From NCBI RefSeq assembly GCF_009834535.1, contig NC_045697.1, forward strand, positions 101,744,001-101,808,000: 64,000 bases of DNA. The letters run 5' to 3'. The stretch is from Camelus ferus (lineage: Eukaryota). Each line of letters opens with the position of its first letter. The first letter of the stretch is position 1. The notes under the pieces are model-generated. The model was not told the origin of the DNA. It did not search any database and saw only the letters and a program-made list of their open reading frames with translations. The position numbers and the translations under genes were made by a program. Positions 62,801 through 64,000 of this stretch are shown here, one piece after another.

Positions 62801-64000
62801 TTTACAGGGAATGAAAATTAGCCTCTGGGAGACTAATTGATTTGTCCGAGGTCATAGAGGTTAACCAGCTGTTCTGGCAGGGCCAGATCTGTCACCTCTC
62901 AGGTCAGACCCTTCAGCCCTCGAGGGAGTGCCTGCTGAGAACAAGGCGCTGCCAAGAATTCAGAAACGGACCGAGAAGGCACTGTCTCCACCTTTCAGGA
63001 GTGTATGTGCTACTAGGGACACAGGATGCACCGAGTACTGCAAATTGTATTATGATCTGTGATGTGTGAGGCCAGACTCTAGACGAATTCAGCTGAGTTG
63101 CTGAACACTGGCAATCCCCTCCCCATTCAGTAGAGGGGGATGAATTCTGGGATCCTTTTAAAATTTCATGATGGTGGCAAGAGAGATTTCACCAGGACTT
63201 TAAAAGATGGATTCATTTTCAGAGATGAGGCTAGGTTGAGACTGTCTCTATTCCTCCCTTTTCCAGCCAGACTCCTGGGTGGGTTGTATACATGAGGCTG
63301 CCCCCACTGTTGGAGATGACCAATCCATCTTCTCCAAACATGTCCCCTCTTGGGCCTTCCTGATCCCAGGCTCTGGTGTCCGGAAGCGTTGGAGTTCCGA
63401 AGGATTCTGGTGCTGCTAGCCCTGGATGGTCCCTCCTCCCACCTCTCACTGTTAGTAGGTCACCATCCATCATGAGTTCATAAACTTTTCTGAAAATCTG
63501 ATAAAAACTTCATGTTCTCCATTCCCCCAGAATTCTGACAAACGGACACGCAAACGTTATTATCATCTTGCATGTGTTCTATCTCATCTTTAAAGTCTGT
63601 CTGTGGGTCTTAAAGGCCAGTTAAATTGCCCCTGAATTATATGTAGATGATCTGAAGATGCCGTTTCAGCCCATTTCTCACACCACATCTCTGGATCTGA
63701 CTGCTTAGACCCCCGCAGCAATGCGGAGCCGGTCTGCCCACTGCAGGTTTTCCCATCCTCTCCCTCAGCCCCGCCCTCTTACTGTTCCCTCTCTGTCAAT
63801 CACGCCACCATCCCTTCCCCAGTGGCTTACACCATATGGTTTTCTTTGTTCTCTTCTCATTCTCCACACCCAGTGAGCAAATCCTGGCGGTTTTGCCTTC
63901 CAAATATCTCTTGACTTACTGACCTGTGTGTGGCCTGAGCTGCCTTTCCCTCCTGCTAGATTCTGCAGTGGCCTGTCCATCTCCCTGACTCTGTGCTTGG
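53827..64000 (+). other. GAB1: GAB1 intron 1 (partial; exon 2 not in window)
   Basis: Starts GTAAGT. The expected continuation (AWKRRWFVLR...) is not found in the window. Confidence 0.85.
63720..64000 (+). mobile_element. L2 LINE fragment
   Basis: 'ccacacccagtgagcaaatcctggcggttttgccttccaaatatctc...ctagattctgcagtggcct'. Confidence 0.6.

Noticed and set aside
1..64000. Prokaryotic-type systems (CRISPR arrays, operons) or non-retroviral endogenous viral genes
   Set aside because: The sequence is mammalian. I saw no regularly spaced repeat-spacer array and no long ORF with viral motifs.

Overview
This is mammalian genomic DNA, most likely from a camelid (alpaca, llama or camel). The assignment rests on tRNA-Ala-derived SINEs resembling the camelid vic-1 family and on a cetartiodactyl-type L1 3' UTR. 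The first ~52 kb is repeat-rich non-coding sequence: young and old L1, L2, CR1/L3, MIR, MaLR/ERVL LTRs, and hAT and Tigger MER elements. A CpG-island promoter (~52.2-54.5 kb) follows, with the 5' UTR and first coding exon of GAB1 (53755-53826, [26 protein letters not shown] donor at 53827). The rest of the window is the start of GAB1 intron 1. No other protein-coding gene is supported; almost all ORF-track entries are chance ORFs or L1 ORF2 remnants. The most unusual structure is a 351-bp TSD-flanked element (34072-34422) that joins an L1 5' end directly to the L1 3' UTR at what looks like an exact splice junction, i.e. a spliced, ORF-less mini-L1. Other points of note are a multi-layer nested transposon stack splitting an ancient CR1/L3, a strong minus-strand bias of young L1s, and non-B-DNA and tandem motifs in the GAB1 promoter and 5' UTR. 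Repeat family names come from recalled consensus similarity, not a database search, and their boundaries are approximate unless TSDs are given.
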